Numbered from the stretch's first letter, positions 49,754 through 58,682 are shown. The stretch: DNA of 64,000 nucleotides from an uncultured Fibrobacterota bacterium (GCA_963753345.1 CAVWBU010000032.1:128001-192000); one strand, 5' to 3'. Made by a program: numbers and translations. Notes: generated from the sequence alone by a model not told the origin.

Positions 49754-51316
49754 ATGTTTAAGAATTTAATTATCTTATTGATCCCCACGGTATTCCTTTA
49801 TTCTCAGCAAAATACTGCCCCAACGATCGCAGTTAGCGACCTTGTCGGCCAAGGTGTTAATCAGAGCGAGGCGACCGTCGTAAGTGAACAGCTTCGGACG
49901 GAATTGCAAAAGACAGGACATTTTCGCATTATAGAGCGAAACCAAATGCAGGAAATTCTTAAGGAACAGGGTTTTCAGCAAACAGGCTGCACAACTGATG
50001 CTTGCGCTGTAGAGGTGGGGCAATTGCTTGGCGTGAAAAACATCGTCGTGGGATCCCTTGGAATTGCGGGGAGCTACACCGTCCTGACCGTAAGGATTCT
50101 TGATGTTCAGACTGGCGAGGTACTTGTTACTGAAACAGGGAACGCCAAAGGTGGTATTGATGAAATGATTGAAAAGGGAATACGCGAAGTAGCCGGAAAA
50201 TTGGTCGTTGATTTGTCAAGGATCATGTGCCAAGCAATAGTCGATGCGGCAAAGAACGGGAATCTCAAAGAAAAAAGTCTCTTGCAGCGAGGCGCGGATG
50301 TGAATTCGAAGGCAAACAGTGGCTGGACTCCGCTGCATTGCGCTGCAAAATATGGGCATGAGGCCATAGTGAGTTTTCTGATTAGCAAAGGCGCAAATGT
50401 AAATGCGAAGATCAGCGGTGGCTGGACTCCGCTGCATGAGGCTGCTGAAGCTGGCTATATAGAAGCAGTCAAGATTCTTTTGAACAACGGTGCAGATGTG
50501 AATTCAGTGAGTTATCTTGTTGACGAAGGCGCGGATGTGAATTCGAAGGCAAACAGTGGCTGGACTCCGCTGCATTGTGCTTCAAAATATGGGCATGAGG
50601 CCATAGTGAGTTACCTGATTAGCAAAGGCTCGAATGTGAATGCCAAGACCAATAATGGCTGGACTCCGCTGCATGAGGCTGCTGAAGCTGGCTACACGGA
50701 AGTAGTCAAGATTCTGTTGAACAATGGTGCAGATGTGAATTCAAAAGCCAACGGGGGCGAAACTGCGTTGCATTGTGCCTCCGTTTTTAGACATGAAACC
50801 GTAGTGAATTATTTAATTAGTAAAGGCGCAAATGTGAATGTAAAAGACATTACTGGAGCAACTCCGTTGTATTATGCCGCCATAAATGGGAATGAGGTCA
50901 TAGTGAATTATCTGGTCATCAAAGGCGCGGATGTGAATTCGAAGGCAAACAATGGCTGGACTCCGCTGCATTGTGCTGCCCACAACGGACAGGAGGGTGT
51001 AGTAAAGTTCCTGATCACCAACGGTGCAAATGTGAATTCGAAGGCAGACAGTGGCTGGATTCCGCTGCATTTAGCTGCTGACAGTGGCCACGCAGAAATA
51101 GTCAAAATCCTGTTGAACAAGGGTGCTGATGTGAATGCGAAGACAAGCAATGGCTTTTCCGCTTTGGACGTGGCTGCGTCTCGCGGGCATTCGGATGTGG
51201 TGGAGATACTCAAGGAATACAGGGCAAAGCATCGGCTTGTAGACATTCATCTTACTCCCGAAGAGATAAAATCGGCGGGATTTGAAAAGAAACCCGACAC
51301 CACGCATGACCGATAG
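49754..51316 (+). CDS. Exported CsgG-like domain + ankyrin-repeat protein
   Basis: IIERNQMQEILKEQGFQQTGC; about 10 GADVN...GWTPLH repeats. Confidence 0.9.
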   Translation: MFKNLIILLIPTVFLYSQQNTAPTIAVSDLVGQGVNQSEATVVSEQLRTELQKTGHFRIIERNQMQEILKEQGFQQTGCTTDACAVEVGQLLGVKNIVVGSLGIAGSYTVLTVRILDVQTGEVLVTETGNAKGGIDEMIEKGIREVAGKLVVDLSRIMCQAIVDAAKNGNLKEKSLLQRGADVNSKANSGWTPLHCAAKYGHEAIVSFLISKGANVNAKISGGWTPLHEAAEAGYIEAVKILLNNGADVNSVSYLVDEGADVNSKANSGWTPLHCASKYGHEAIVSYLISKGSNVNAKTNNGWTPLHEAAEAGYTEVVKILLNNGADVNSKANGGETALHCASVFRHETVVNYLISKGANVNVKDITGATPLYYAAINGNEVIVNYLVIKGADVNSKANNGWTPLHCAAHNGQEGVVKFLITNGANVNSKADSGWIPLHLAADSGHAEIVKILLNKGADVNAKTSNGFSALDVAASRGHSDVVEILKEYRAKHRLVDIHLTPEEIKSAGFEKKPDTTHDR

Positions 51317-51344
51317 TTTTTTTGGATGGTATATGGAGGAAATA

Positions 51345-51674
51345 ATGATTCACAAAAGGTTAGTTGAAGAGGTTAAGGCACTTGCACAAGATTGGAAAGT
51401 GGTAGCGGCTGAAACTTCAAAGGGCGACGCATTTGATTTGAAAAAGCAAGCATTACTTGGTCGTTTGCTGTCACTACCTGAAGCCGACCTAAAAGATCTG
51501 GTGGCCCTCACGAATGTTGGTCGGGCTCAAATCATAAAGGATGAAGATACAACTTTGGCTTCTAGTTCACAAATGGTTGCCAAATGGCAAAAACCAGAGT
51601 GCGTAAAGGATCTGATGGCAAAGGCCGGGGTATTAATCGAGTACTTGGATGCAGCAAACAACTTCTTATCTTAA
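51345..51674 (+). CDS. DUF3775-like hypothetical protein
   Basis: RBS GGAGG; L..DLVAL..VGR ... L.EYL pattern. Confidence 0.55.
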   Translation: MIHKRLVEEVKALAQDWKVVAAETSKGDAFDLKKQALLGRLLSLPEADLKDLVALTNVGRAQIIKDEDTTLASSSQMVAKWQKPECVKDLMAKAGVLIEYLDAANNFLS

Positions 51675-51852
51675 AATCTGAGTCTTGGGTCTTTCTTGCT
51701 AAAGAAATCCCATCCGAAAGAAAAAGAAACTAAGGGCACATTACTCTCTTCTTCCCGTTCTTGACACCTTCCCCCGCGCAATTCATTTTTTATCATGACG
51801 ATCCTGACCGGGTAGAGTAACAAAACGCATTTCCCGAAAGGACGATGCCAGT

Positions 51853-51954
51853 ATGTCAAGTGTCAAGAAGCACCGCAAGGCCAAGATCAACAGGCACAAG
51901 CGGAAAAAAAAGAGAAGGCTGAGCCGCCACAAAAAAAGGACATGGCAGGCGTAA
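51853..51954 (+). CDS. Small basic ribosomal protein bS22 (AURKAIP1/COX24-like), not in ORF track
   Basis: MSSVKKHRKAKINRHKRKKKRRLSRHKKRTWQA*; RBS AAAGGA; own terminator. Confidence 0.8.
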   Translation: MSSVKKHRKAKINRHKRKKKRRLSRHKKRTWQA

Positions 51955-51987
51955 CGCCGCCATCGCGAAAGCGGTGCGAAAACATCA

Positions 51988-52020
51988 AGAAAAGGGTGAG
52001 AACGGTTCTCACCCTTTTCT
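51988..52020. terminator. Perfect inverted repeat / terminator after bS22
   Basis: AGAAAAGGGTGAGAAC-G-GTTCTCACCCTTTTCT. Confidence 0.75.
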
Positions 52021-52036
52021 ATTTTACAGACCAGGT

Positions 52037-54199
52037 ATGGAATCCATCCAGGGAATCGTCACCGACATAACATTCCGCAACGAGGAGAACGGATTCACCG
52101 TGCTCAAACTTGCGGAATCGGAATCCTCGCCCGCGGTGCTGTGCGTGGGCGCGATGCCCGCGGTGGAGCCGGGGGAGACGCTCAAGGCAACGGGCGAGTT
52201 CCGGCTCCACGCGCGGTTCGGGAAACAATTCGCGGTCTCGGCGTTCGAGACCGTGCGGCCGCTCACCCTCGCGGGGATCGCCGCGCTGCTCGGCAGCGGC
52301 CTCATCGAGAACATCGGCGAGGTGCGTGCCAAGAAAATCATCGACGTGTTCGGCCTCAAGACGCTTGACATACTGGACAATGAGCCGGCCCGCCTCCTGG
52401 AGGTGCGCGGCATCGGGAAGAAGACGCTGGAGAAGATCGTTGAGGCGTGGCAACGCAAGCGGCGCATCAGGGAGCTCATGGTGTTTCTGCAGGAATGCGC
52501 GATCACGGTCAACATGGCGTCTAAGATTTATTCCGCGTACGGAGACTCGGCGCAAGAGAAAATATCGCAGAACCCCTACTGCCTCATCGACGACGTGTGG
52601 GGCGTGGGGTTCAAGAAGGCCGACGCCATTGCCCAGAAACTCGGGTTTGCGCACGATTCGTTCAAGCGGATACGCGCCGGTCTCACCTATGTGATGTCGG
52701 AGGCCGCCGGAAACGGCCATGTCTATCTTCCCTCAACCGGGCTTGTTTCGAGCGCCGCGGCGATCCTCGAAGTCCCTGAGGACAAGACGCTGTTTTCGCT
52801 CGACCACATGGTGAAGGAAGGCGCGCTGGCTGCCGACGAAAGCCGCATCTACCTGCCGCACCTTTACGGAGCGGAATGCGCGGTCGCCGCGCTGCTGTCG
52901 GGCCTGGCGGGGGAGCGCTGCGGGCCGCTTGCGAAATACGACGCGCGCTATGTTTCGTCGTGGCTGGAATCCTACTCGGCCAAGAACCGCTGGCACGCCG
53001 ACCCGAAGCAGAAGGAGGCGGTGGCCGCCGCGCTTCTGCACGGCGCAAGCCTGCTCACGGGCGGGCCCGGCACGGGAAAGACCACCACGCTGCAGGTTAT
53101 CGTCTCGTTTTTGCGAGAGCATAACATACGCGTCGCACTCGCCGCGCCCACGGGCAGGGCCGCGCAGCGCATGGGAAGCATCGCGGGCCTTCGCGCCAGC
53201 ACCATCCACCGGATGCTCGAATACCGTCCGGGCGGCCAGGGGTACCGTTTTGCGCGGGACGCAAGCAACCCCGTCGAGGCCGACATGATTATCGTGGACG
53301 AAACCTCCATGATCGACATCGTGCTCATGCGGAGCCTGCTTGCGGCCGTGCGTCCCGGCACCTCGGTGCTGTTCGTGGGGGACGAGAACCAGCTTCCGTC
53401 AATAGGGCCGGGCACCGTGCTCGCCGACATGATCGCCTCGGCCGCCCTTCCGCACGTGCGGCTCACCACGGTGTTCAGGCAGGCGGCGCAGAGCGGCATC
53501 GTTACCGCGGCGCACGACATCATGGCCGGCAGGGTCCCGGTGCTTCGCAACGAGAAGGAGGGGAACATCTTCTTTGTAAACGAAGAGGACCCGGACCGCT
53601 GCTGCGCCGCGCTGGTTGACCTGGTGGTGAAACGCCTGCCGGCCCGGTACGGGTTCGATCCCGCGGCTGGCATCCAGGTGGTGTCGCCCATCCACAACGG
53701 CGTGCTGGGGACGCGGAACCTCAACGCCCTGCTCAAGGCCGCGCTCAATCCGGGCAAACGGTTCGTGCGGCGCGGCGACGCCGAGTTTTCCGCGGGCGAC
53801 AAGGTGATGCAGGTGAAGAACGACTACGACCGCGGCGTGTTCAACGGCGACATCGGGTTCGTGGCCGACATTGTTGACGAAAGCGACATTGTTGTCGATT
53901 TCGACGGCCAGAAGGTGCGGTATGAACCGCGCCACCTCGACGAGCTGGTCCACGCATACTGCATCAGCATCCACAAGAGTCAGGGCTGCGAGTTCCCGGC
54001 CGTGGTGATCCCTATTGCGACCCAGCACTTCGTGATGCTCCAGCGAAATCTTATTTATACCGCCATCACGCGCGCGAGGAAACTGTGTGTGCTCGTGGGC
54101 ATGCCCCGGGCGCTTGCCATTGCGGTGAAAAATAACGCGACCGTGGAGAGGTATTCGAGGTTGAGGGAGAGAATAGTTGACAAGATAAAAGTGTTATGA
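52037..54199 (+). CDS. recD2: RecD2 (RecD/TraA family) helicase
   Basis: NEENGFTV, NPY.L, TGGPGTGKT, APTGRAA, VDETSM, SIHKSQG.EF, YTAITRA. Confidence 0.93.
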   Translation: MESIQGIVTDITFRNEENGFTVLKLAESESSPAVLCVGAMPAVEPGETLKATGEFRLHARFGKQFAVSAFETVRPLTLAGIAALLGSGLIENIGEVRAKKIIDVFGLKTLDILDNEPARLLEVRGIGKKTLEKIVEAWQRKRRIRELMVFLQECAITVNMASKIYSAYGDSAQEKISQNPYCLIDDVWGVGFKKADAIAQKLGFAHDSFKRIRAGLTYVMSEAAGNGHVYLPSTGLVSSAAAILEVPEDKTLFSLDHMVKEGALAADESRIYLPHLYGAECAVAALLSGLAGERCGPLAKYDARYVSSWLESYSAKNRWHADPKQKEAVAAALLHGASLLTGGPGTGKTTTLQVIVSFLREHNIRVALAAPTGRAAQRMGSIAGLRASTIHRMLEYRPGGQGYRFARDASNPVEADMIIVDETSMIDIVLMRSLLAAVRPGTSVLFVGDENQLPSIGPGTVLADMIASAALPHVRLTTVFRQAAQSGIVTAAHDIMAGRVPVLRNEKEGNIFFVNEEDPDRCCAALVDLVVKRLPARYGFDPAAGIQVVSPIHNGVLGTRNLNALLKAALNPGKRFVRRGDAEFSAGDKVMQVKNDYDRGVFNGDIGFVADIVDESDIVVDFDGQKVRYEPRHLDELVHAYCISIHKSQGCEFPAVVIPIATQHFVMLQRNLIYTAITRARKLCVLVGMPRALAIAVKNNATVERYSRLRERIVDKIKVL

Positions 54200-54224
54200 A
54201 ATTATTATGAAAAGGTTATGGCAG

Positions 54225-54372
54225 GTGGGGGAAGTATCCCCCTCGCTTCGGCCCGGCCGCGCCGCTTTACAAACCAGCATCCCTGAGGCGCGACCGGTCC
54301 TCCGCTACCCCCTCGTGGGTAGCCGCCTTGACAAAGCAGTTGCAAGACCATGCATTGTTGTGGCGGCACCCA
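54225..54372 (+). repeat. Structured repeat family A (subtype 2), copy A4
   Basis: GGGGGAAGTATCCCCCTCGCTTCGG...CGCTACCCCCTCGTGGGTAGCCGCC...GGCGGCACCCA. Confidence 0.8.
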
Positions 54373-54406
54373 CAAAGAGCAGTTGAAAAGTTGAATAGTT
54401 GAAACG

Positions 54407-54596
54407 GAGAAGAAGTAATTGACTTAATAGGATTCTTCTGCCGCTGCGTTAGGTGGACCGAAGGGTGAGCTAGAGCGAATTACCGCCTGATCCCCAGCCG
54501 AAGGCGATTGGGACAGGCGGCAACGAGGCGAACAGCCGAGCCCGCAGGGAGACCGGCCCGACCCCGAGCGAAGTCGAGGGGGAGGGCAACGCCCAA
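54407..54596 (+). repeat. Structured repeat family B, copy B7
   Basis: GTAATTGACT..GCGTTAGGTGGACCG...CGAGGCGAACAGCCGAGCCCG...AACGCCCAA. Confidence 0.85.
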
Positions 54597-54626
54597 GTTT
54601 CTATATTTCTATCGGAATGGTATTTC

Positions 54627-54911
54627 ATGAAACCTCAACCCGACCCCGATATCATCCTCCTTAATAACGCTCTTGACAAGTTGGGAGTTGAGATCCGCCA
54701 CGGAACATTCGACGGCGACGGCGGTCTGGTGAAAATGGAGGATCGGTATATACTATTTTTACGTACCGGCGTCCTGCAGCAACGGGAGAAGGACCTGATG
54801 CTTGACGCGATAAGAAGAATGGGGCCGCTGGCCGTGCATGTGCCCCCGCGCGTGCGCGAGCTTCTGGGCGAAGACCAATGGGAAAGCACCACAGGAGAAA
54901 ATAATGGCTAA
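54627..54911 (+). CDS. Hypothetical protein
   Basis: 94-aa ORF overlapping the start of the next gene. Confidence 0.6.
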   Translation: MKPQPDPDIILLNNALDKLGVEIRHGTFDGDGGLVKMEDRYILFLRTGVLQQREKDLMLDAIRRMGPLAVHVPPRVRELLGEDQWESTTGENNG

Positions 54912-55851
54912 AGTAACAATCGGCGTGATCGGCGCGGGCGTGCTGGGATCGTACCATATCCAGAAGTGCCTCAAGAACAAAGACGTGGACTTTGCGGGGT
55001 TCCACGACTCGTCGGCCAATCGCCGCGCCGAGGTTGCGAAAAAACTCGGCGCGCGGCCATGGGACGCCATGGAAGGCCTTGTTGACGTGTGCGACGCCGT
55101 CATCGTGGCGACGCCCTCGTCGACCCACGCGGCCGTGGCGCTGGCCTGCATGGGGAAGAAGAAACACGTGCTCGTGGAGAAGCCGCTCGCGCCGAGCTTT
55201 GCCGAGGGGAAGGCTCTTGTCGAGGCCGCGCGCGAGCGGGGCGTGGTGCTGCATGTGGGGCACTCGGAGGCCTTCAATTCCTCTTTTGTGAAGCTTCTGT
55301 CGCTGGCTCCGACGCCCAAGTTCATCGAGATCCACAGGCTCGCGCAGTACTCGCCGCGCGGCACCGACGTGCCGGTAATCCTCGACCTCATGGTGCACGA
55401 CGTGCATCTCGTGCTGCGCCTGCTTTCGGAGGAGCCGCGCTACGACGCCATCGCGGCCACGGGCGTGCCGGTGGTGTCGCAGGACATCGACATCGCCAAC
55501 GTGCGCATCCCGTTCCCCTCGGGCTGCGTGGTGAACTGCACCGCCAGCCGCATATCCGCCAAGAAGATGCGCAAGCTGCGGCTGTTCGCGCGCGACAACT
55601 ACTATTCCGTCGATCTGGACAAAGAGGAAATCGAGCACTACTTCCTCACCGGCGCGGCGCAGGCGGGCCGGCCCCTTCCCGTTGAATTCTCCAAAGACAA
55701 GACCAGACACACGGACGCGCTCGAGGCCGAGCTCGCCGCATTCGTCGCCGCAATAGCAGGCGCGCCGGATCACAAGGGCGTGTCCGGCGAAGAGGCGCTC
55801 AAAGTGCTCAAAGTGACGGATACGATAATGGGACTACTAAAAAATCAATAA
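54904..55851 (+). CDS. Gfo/Idh/MocA oxidoreductase (GnnA-like)
   Basis: GVIGAG.LG..H, VEKP, VGH.E.FN, RGTDV.VILDLM.HD, TASRIS. Confidence 0.88.
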   Translation: MAKVTIGVIGAGVLGSYHIQKCLKNKDVDFAGFHDSSANRRAEVAKKLGARPWDAMEGLVDVCDAVIVATPSSTHAAVALACMGKKKHVLVEKPLAPSFAEGKALVEAARERGVVLHVGHSEAFNSSFVKLLSLAPTPKFIEIHRLAQYSPRGTDVPVILDLMVHDVHLVLRLLSEEPRYDAIAATGVPVVSQDIDIANVRIPFPSGCVVNCTASRISAKKMRKLRLFARDNYYSVDLDKEEIEHYFLTGAAQAGRPLPVEFSKDKTRHTDALEAELAAFVAAIAGAPDHKGVSGEEALKVLKVTDTIMGLLKNQ

Positions 55852-55867
55852 AGATTCCTGCAATGCT

Positions 55868-56077
55868 TGGTGGGGACACCACTTCGTGGTTTCCCCTGGG
55901 GTGCAGCTTCCTCCCGCCGGAAATCGGCGGGAGGTGATCTGCACCCACACCCTTTCCTGCGAAGGTGCGCGACAAGGTCACTCGCTTGACGCTCGCGAGT
56001 CGTCGCACCTTCGCAACGCAACCTCGGCGGAAGATCCCCCTCTGCCTTCGGCATCTCCCCCTTGTTAAGGGGGAGAT
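55868..56077 (+). repeat. Structured repeat family A, copy A5
   Basis: GGGGACACCAC.TCGTGGTTTCCCC...GCGAAGGTGCG..CGCACCTTCGCAACGCAACC...CCCCCTCTGCC..GGGGAGA. Confidence 0.85.
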
Positions 56078-56133
56078 AATTCCATTTCAAACATCTTTTC
56101 GCCAAGCAGAAATGTGGATGCGGCACTATCCCT

Positions 56134-56324
56134 CTGCCCGCGCGCCAGGCAGGACCGGAGGGTGAGCCAGAGCGAATTGTCACTCCGTTCCCCAAGGAAT
56201 AGTAATAGCGCTTCGCGCTTCATTATTATGTCACTTGCCTTGTGCCGGCCGAGGCCGGAGATTCAACCCGCCCAACAGGAAGGGCGGGTTATAGGCCGCC
56301 GCCGCAAAGCGGCGGGGCGCCCAA
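56134..56324 (+). repeat. Structured repeat family B, copy B8 (centre replaced by a module also present at 6358-6420)
   Basis: GCGCCAGGCAGGACCGGAGGGTGAGCCAGAGCGAATT...GGCCGCCGCCGCAAAGCGGCGGGGCGCCCAA. Confidence 0.75.
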
Positions 56325-56460
56325 GACTTCATGGCTTGGAAATGAGGTTCTTATCATTCCTTATCCCAATTACTATCTCTTTTGCTTGCACCCGTGCATT
56401 TGGTATATTATAGGGCGAATTATTTATATTTAACCGGATATCGCAAACCCGGAAACCTGT

Positions 56461-56534
56461 GCGCCAGTAGCTCAGTTGGATAGAGCGTCGGCCTCCGAAG
56501 CCGAAGGTCGTGGGTTCGACTCCCTCCTGGCGTA
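56461..56534 (+). tRNA. tRNA-Arg(CCG)
   Basis: GCGCCAG/CTGGCGT acceptor, TCGGC-CTCCGAA-GCCGA anticodon arm, GGTTCGAC T-loop; CCA not encoded. Confidence 0.95.
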
Positions 56535-56568
56535 TTACGCAGCTGCCCAATTTACAAAGGGGGTTCCT

Positions 56569-58437
56569 ATCAAATTCCGTAGTAGAACCAGCGGCCTTTT
56601 CGAAATCATCCAGCCGGTGATCGAAAAGGGAGAAGTGTTCGATTCCACGCTTCTCAAGAACATGATCAACTCCCTTATCGCCGAGGGCAAGCGGAACTTC
56701 GCCATCGACCTCACGCCTCTCGACTACATCTATTCCGACGCGATCAACGTGATCCTCGCGCTTAACAGGCGGATCCTCGACGTGAGCGGCCGGCTGTCGC
56801 TGATGGGGCCCTGTGCCGAGGTGAGACAGATACTGGAGCGCACCGGCATCCAGAACATCCTCAAGATCTTCGACACCGAGACCGAGCTGCTCAAGAGTTC
56901 CGAGGACATCATCCTGCAGACCACGCGCTACAACTTGTCGGATCTCCAGACGTATCAGCAGGCGCCTCCGCCAAAGCCGAAATCGGAATTTGAAGACCTG
57001 CGTTCCGAAATAAGCACCGCAATGCCGCCGGCCGTGGGCGCTGGAGAACCGGAAGTTGACAGAGGATACCGCCAGCCTCCGCAGCAGTTTGCACCGCCGC
57101 AGCCTCCGCCGCAGCAGTTCGCGCCTCCGCCTCCGGCCTACAAGGAGGAGGAATTCGAGGCCGCCTATAAATCGTTTGAGACTGAAGCGTCGCAGGACCG
57201 GTTCGCGCCTCCTCCGCCGCCGCAGGCGCCGCAGTATGCGGAGCCGTTTACGCCGCCGCCCGTGCAGCCGCCCCGACCCGCGCAGCCGCCCAGGCGTCCC
57301 GAAAGAGATTTCGCGCCTGTCCAGGAACCCGCTCCCGCTATGCGCCGCAGGGAGCCCGAATTCGAAGCGCCCGTACTGGAACCTCTGACGCCGCCCGAAA
57401 CCCGGAGCATGGAAGAAGAAATGGGGGCGAGAAAGGAACCGGCCAAGGCAAGGCCTTCGGGCGGGGAAAAGCACGTCGGCGCCTACGAAGAATTCGGCCG
57501 CGACACCGGCGAACCTGAGCCTAGGAAGCGTTCGCTTGTTCCTATTATTATAACGATACTCGTGGTAGCGATTCTTGCCGGAGGCGCATATTTCGCAATC
57601 AACTCTGGTATGCTGTCAGGAATTGGTGAGAAAGAAGCGCCCGCTCCAGCTCCAGCAGTGAGCAAGCCGGCAACGCCTCCGCCGCCTGCTGTCGCACCTG
57701 CGCCGCCTGCGCCCGCGCCTGCAGCAGCGGCACCCGCACCTGCGCCCGTTGCGGTCGAAGAACCGGCGGAAAAGCCCTCGAAGAAACCGAGCGCCAAGAC
57801 GGCTGGAAAAAAACCGGCCCCCGAAGTGTCGAAAAAGGCAGCCGCGGCTGCGGAAGCAGCGCCCGCAGGCACCGCAGGGAAAATTTTCATCACCTCGACA
57901 CCGCCCGGCGCCACCATCAAAGCCGACGATAGCCCGATCGGAACCACTCCGTTTACATGGAAGAATCCCAACGTAATCGGAGAGGTGACGATTGTTCTGT
58001 CGAAGCCCGGGTACAAGGACGCGGCAAAGACCATAGAATTCACCGGCGGCAGCAAGACCGAATCGTTCAGGCTGGAAAAAGAGGAAGCGCCGCCTGCTGC
58101 AAAGACAGCGGCGAAACCTGCGCCGGCTGCCGAACCCGAGGCAGAAGCAGCTCCTCCGCCTCCTCCGCCGCCCAAGCCCGCTCCTGCGCCCGAAGCAGCG
58201 GCTCCCGCGCCGGCGGCAGCCGCGGGCGGGGAGGCCGGCACGGTGTTTATCGCGTCGATACCGCCCGTGGCCGACGTCTACATGGACGGAAAACTCATCG
58301 GCAAGACGAACATCACCAAGCTCAACGTTGCCGCCGGCTCGCACAGCATGAGATTTGTCAAGGGAACTCAGGAAGTCACCAAGGACATGACATTCAAGGG
58401 CGGCGACAACCCGTCGCAGCTGGTGAACCTGAAATAA
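56569..58437 (+). CDS. STAS domain - Pro-rich linker - TM - PEGA-domain protein; apparent ATC start
   Basis: IDLTPLDYIYS..I STAS motif; TM IIITILVVAILAGGAYF; ITSTPPGATI..IGTTP and IASIPP.ADVYMDG..IGKT PEGA repeats; AAAGGGGG RBS precedes ATC. Confidence 0.8.
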   Translation: MKFRSRTSGLFEIIQPVIEKGEVFDSTLLKNMINSLIAEGKRNFAIDLTPLDYIYSDAINVILALNRRILDVSGRLSLMGPCAEVRQILERTGIQNILKIFDTETELLKSSEDIILQTTRYNLSDLQTYQQAPPPKPKSEFEDLRSEISTAMPPAVGAGEPEVDRGYRQPPQQFAPPQPPPQQFAPPPPAYKEEEFEAAYKSFETEASQDRFAPPPPPQAPQYAEPFTPPPVQPPRPAQPPRRPERDFAPVQEPAPAMRRREPEFEAPVLEPLTPPETRSMEEEMGARKEPAKARPSGGEKHVGAYEEFGRDTGEPEPRKRSLVPIIITILVVAILAGGAYFAINSGMLSGIGEKEAPAPAPAVSKPATPPPPAVAPAPPAPAPAAAAPAPAPVAVEEPAEKPSKKPSAKTAGKKPAPEVSKKAAAAAEAAPAGTAGKIFITSTPPGATIKADDSPIGTTPFTWKNPNVIGEVTIVLSKPGYKDAAKTIEFTGGSKTESFRLEKEEAPPAAKTAAKPAPAAEPEAEAAPPPPPPPKPAPAPEAAAPAPAAAAGGEAGTVFIASIPPVADVYMDGKLIGKTNITKLNVAAGSHSMRFVKGTQEVTKDMTFKGGDNPSQLVNLK

Positions 58438-58479
58438 GCATTATCCGGCGAATCGCACGGCGCCGGGAATCAGAAGTGC

Positions 58480-58518
58480 AAAGCAGGAAATCCTGGAGAG
58501 GGTTTCCTGCTTTTTTTT
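58480..58518 (+). terminator. Intrinsic terminator
   Basis: AAAGCAGGAAATCC...GGTTTCCTGC-T8. Confidence 0.75.
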
Positions 58519-58609
58519 GGATACGGCCGGGGGCTCCCTGGAAACCATCGCGGCGCTTGATTTTTCCGGGAGAGTTATATATCTTTTGGAGTCTCTGAAA
58601 AATTGTAGT

Positions 58610-58682
<73 letters not shown>

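Noticed and set aside
3866-56324. CRISPR array interpretation of the repeats
   Set aside because: Copies are long, dispersed and variable; no regular repeat-spacer periodicity and no cas genes.
56476-56568. ORF-track N-terminal extension of the STAS protein
   Set aside because: Runs through tRNA-Arg(CCG); the real start must be downstream.
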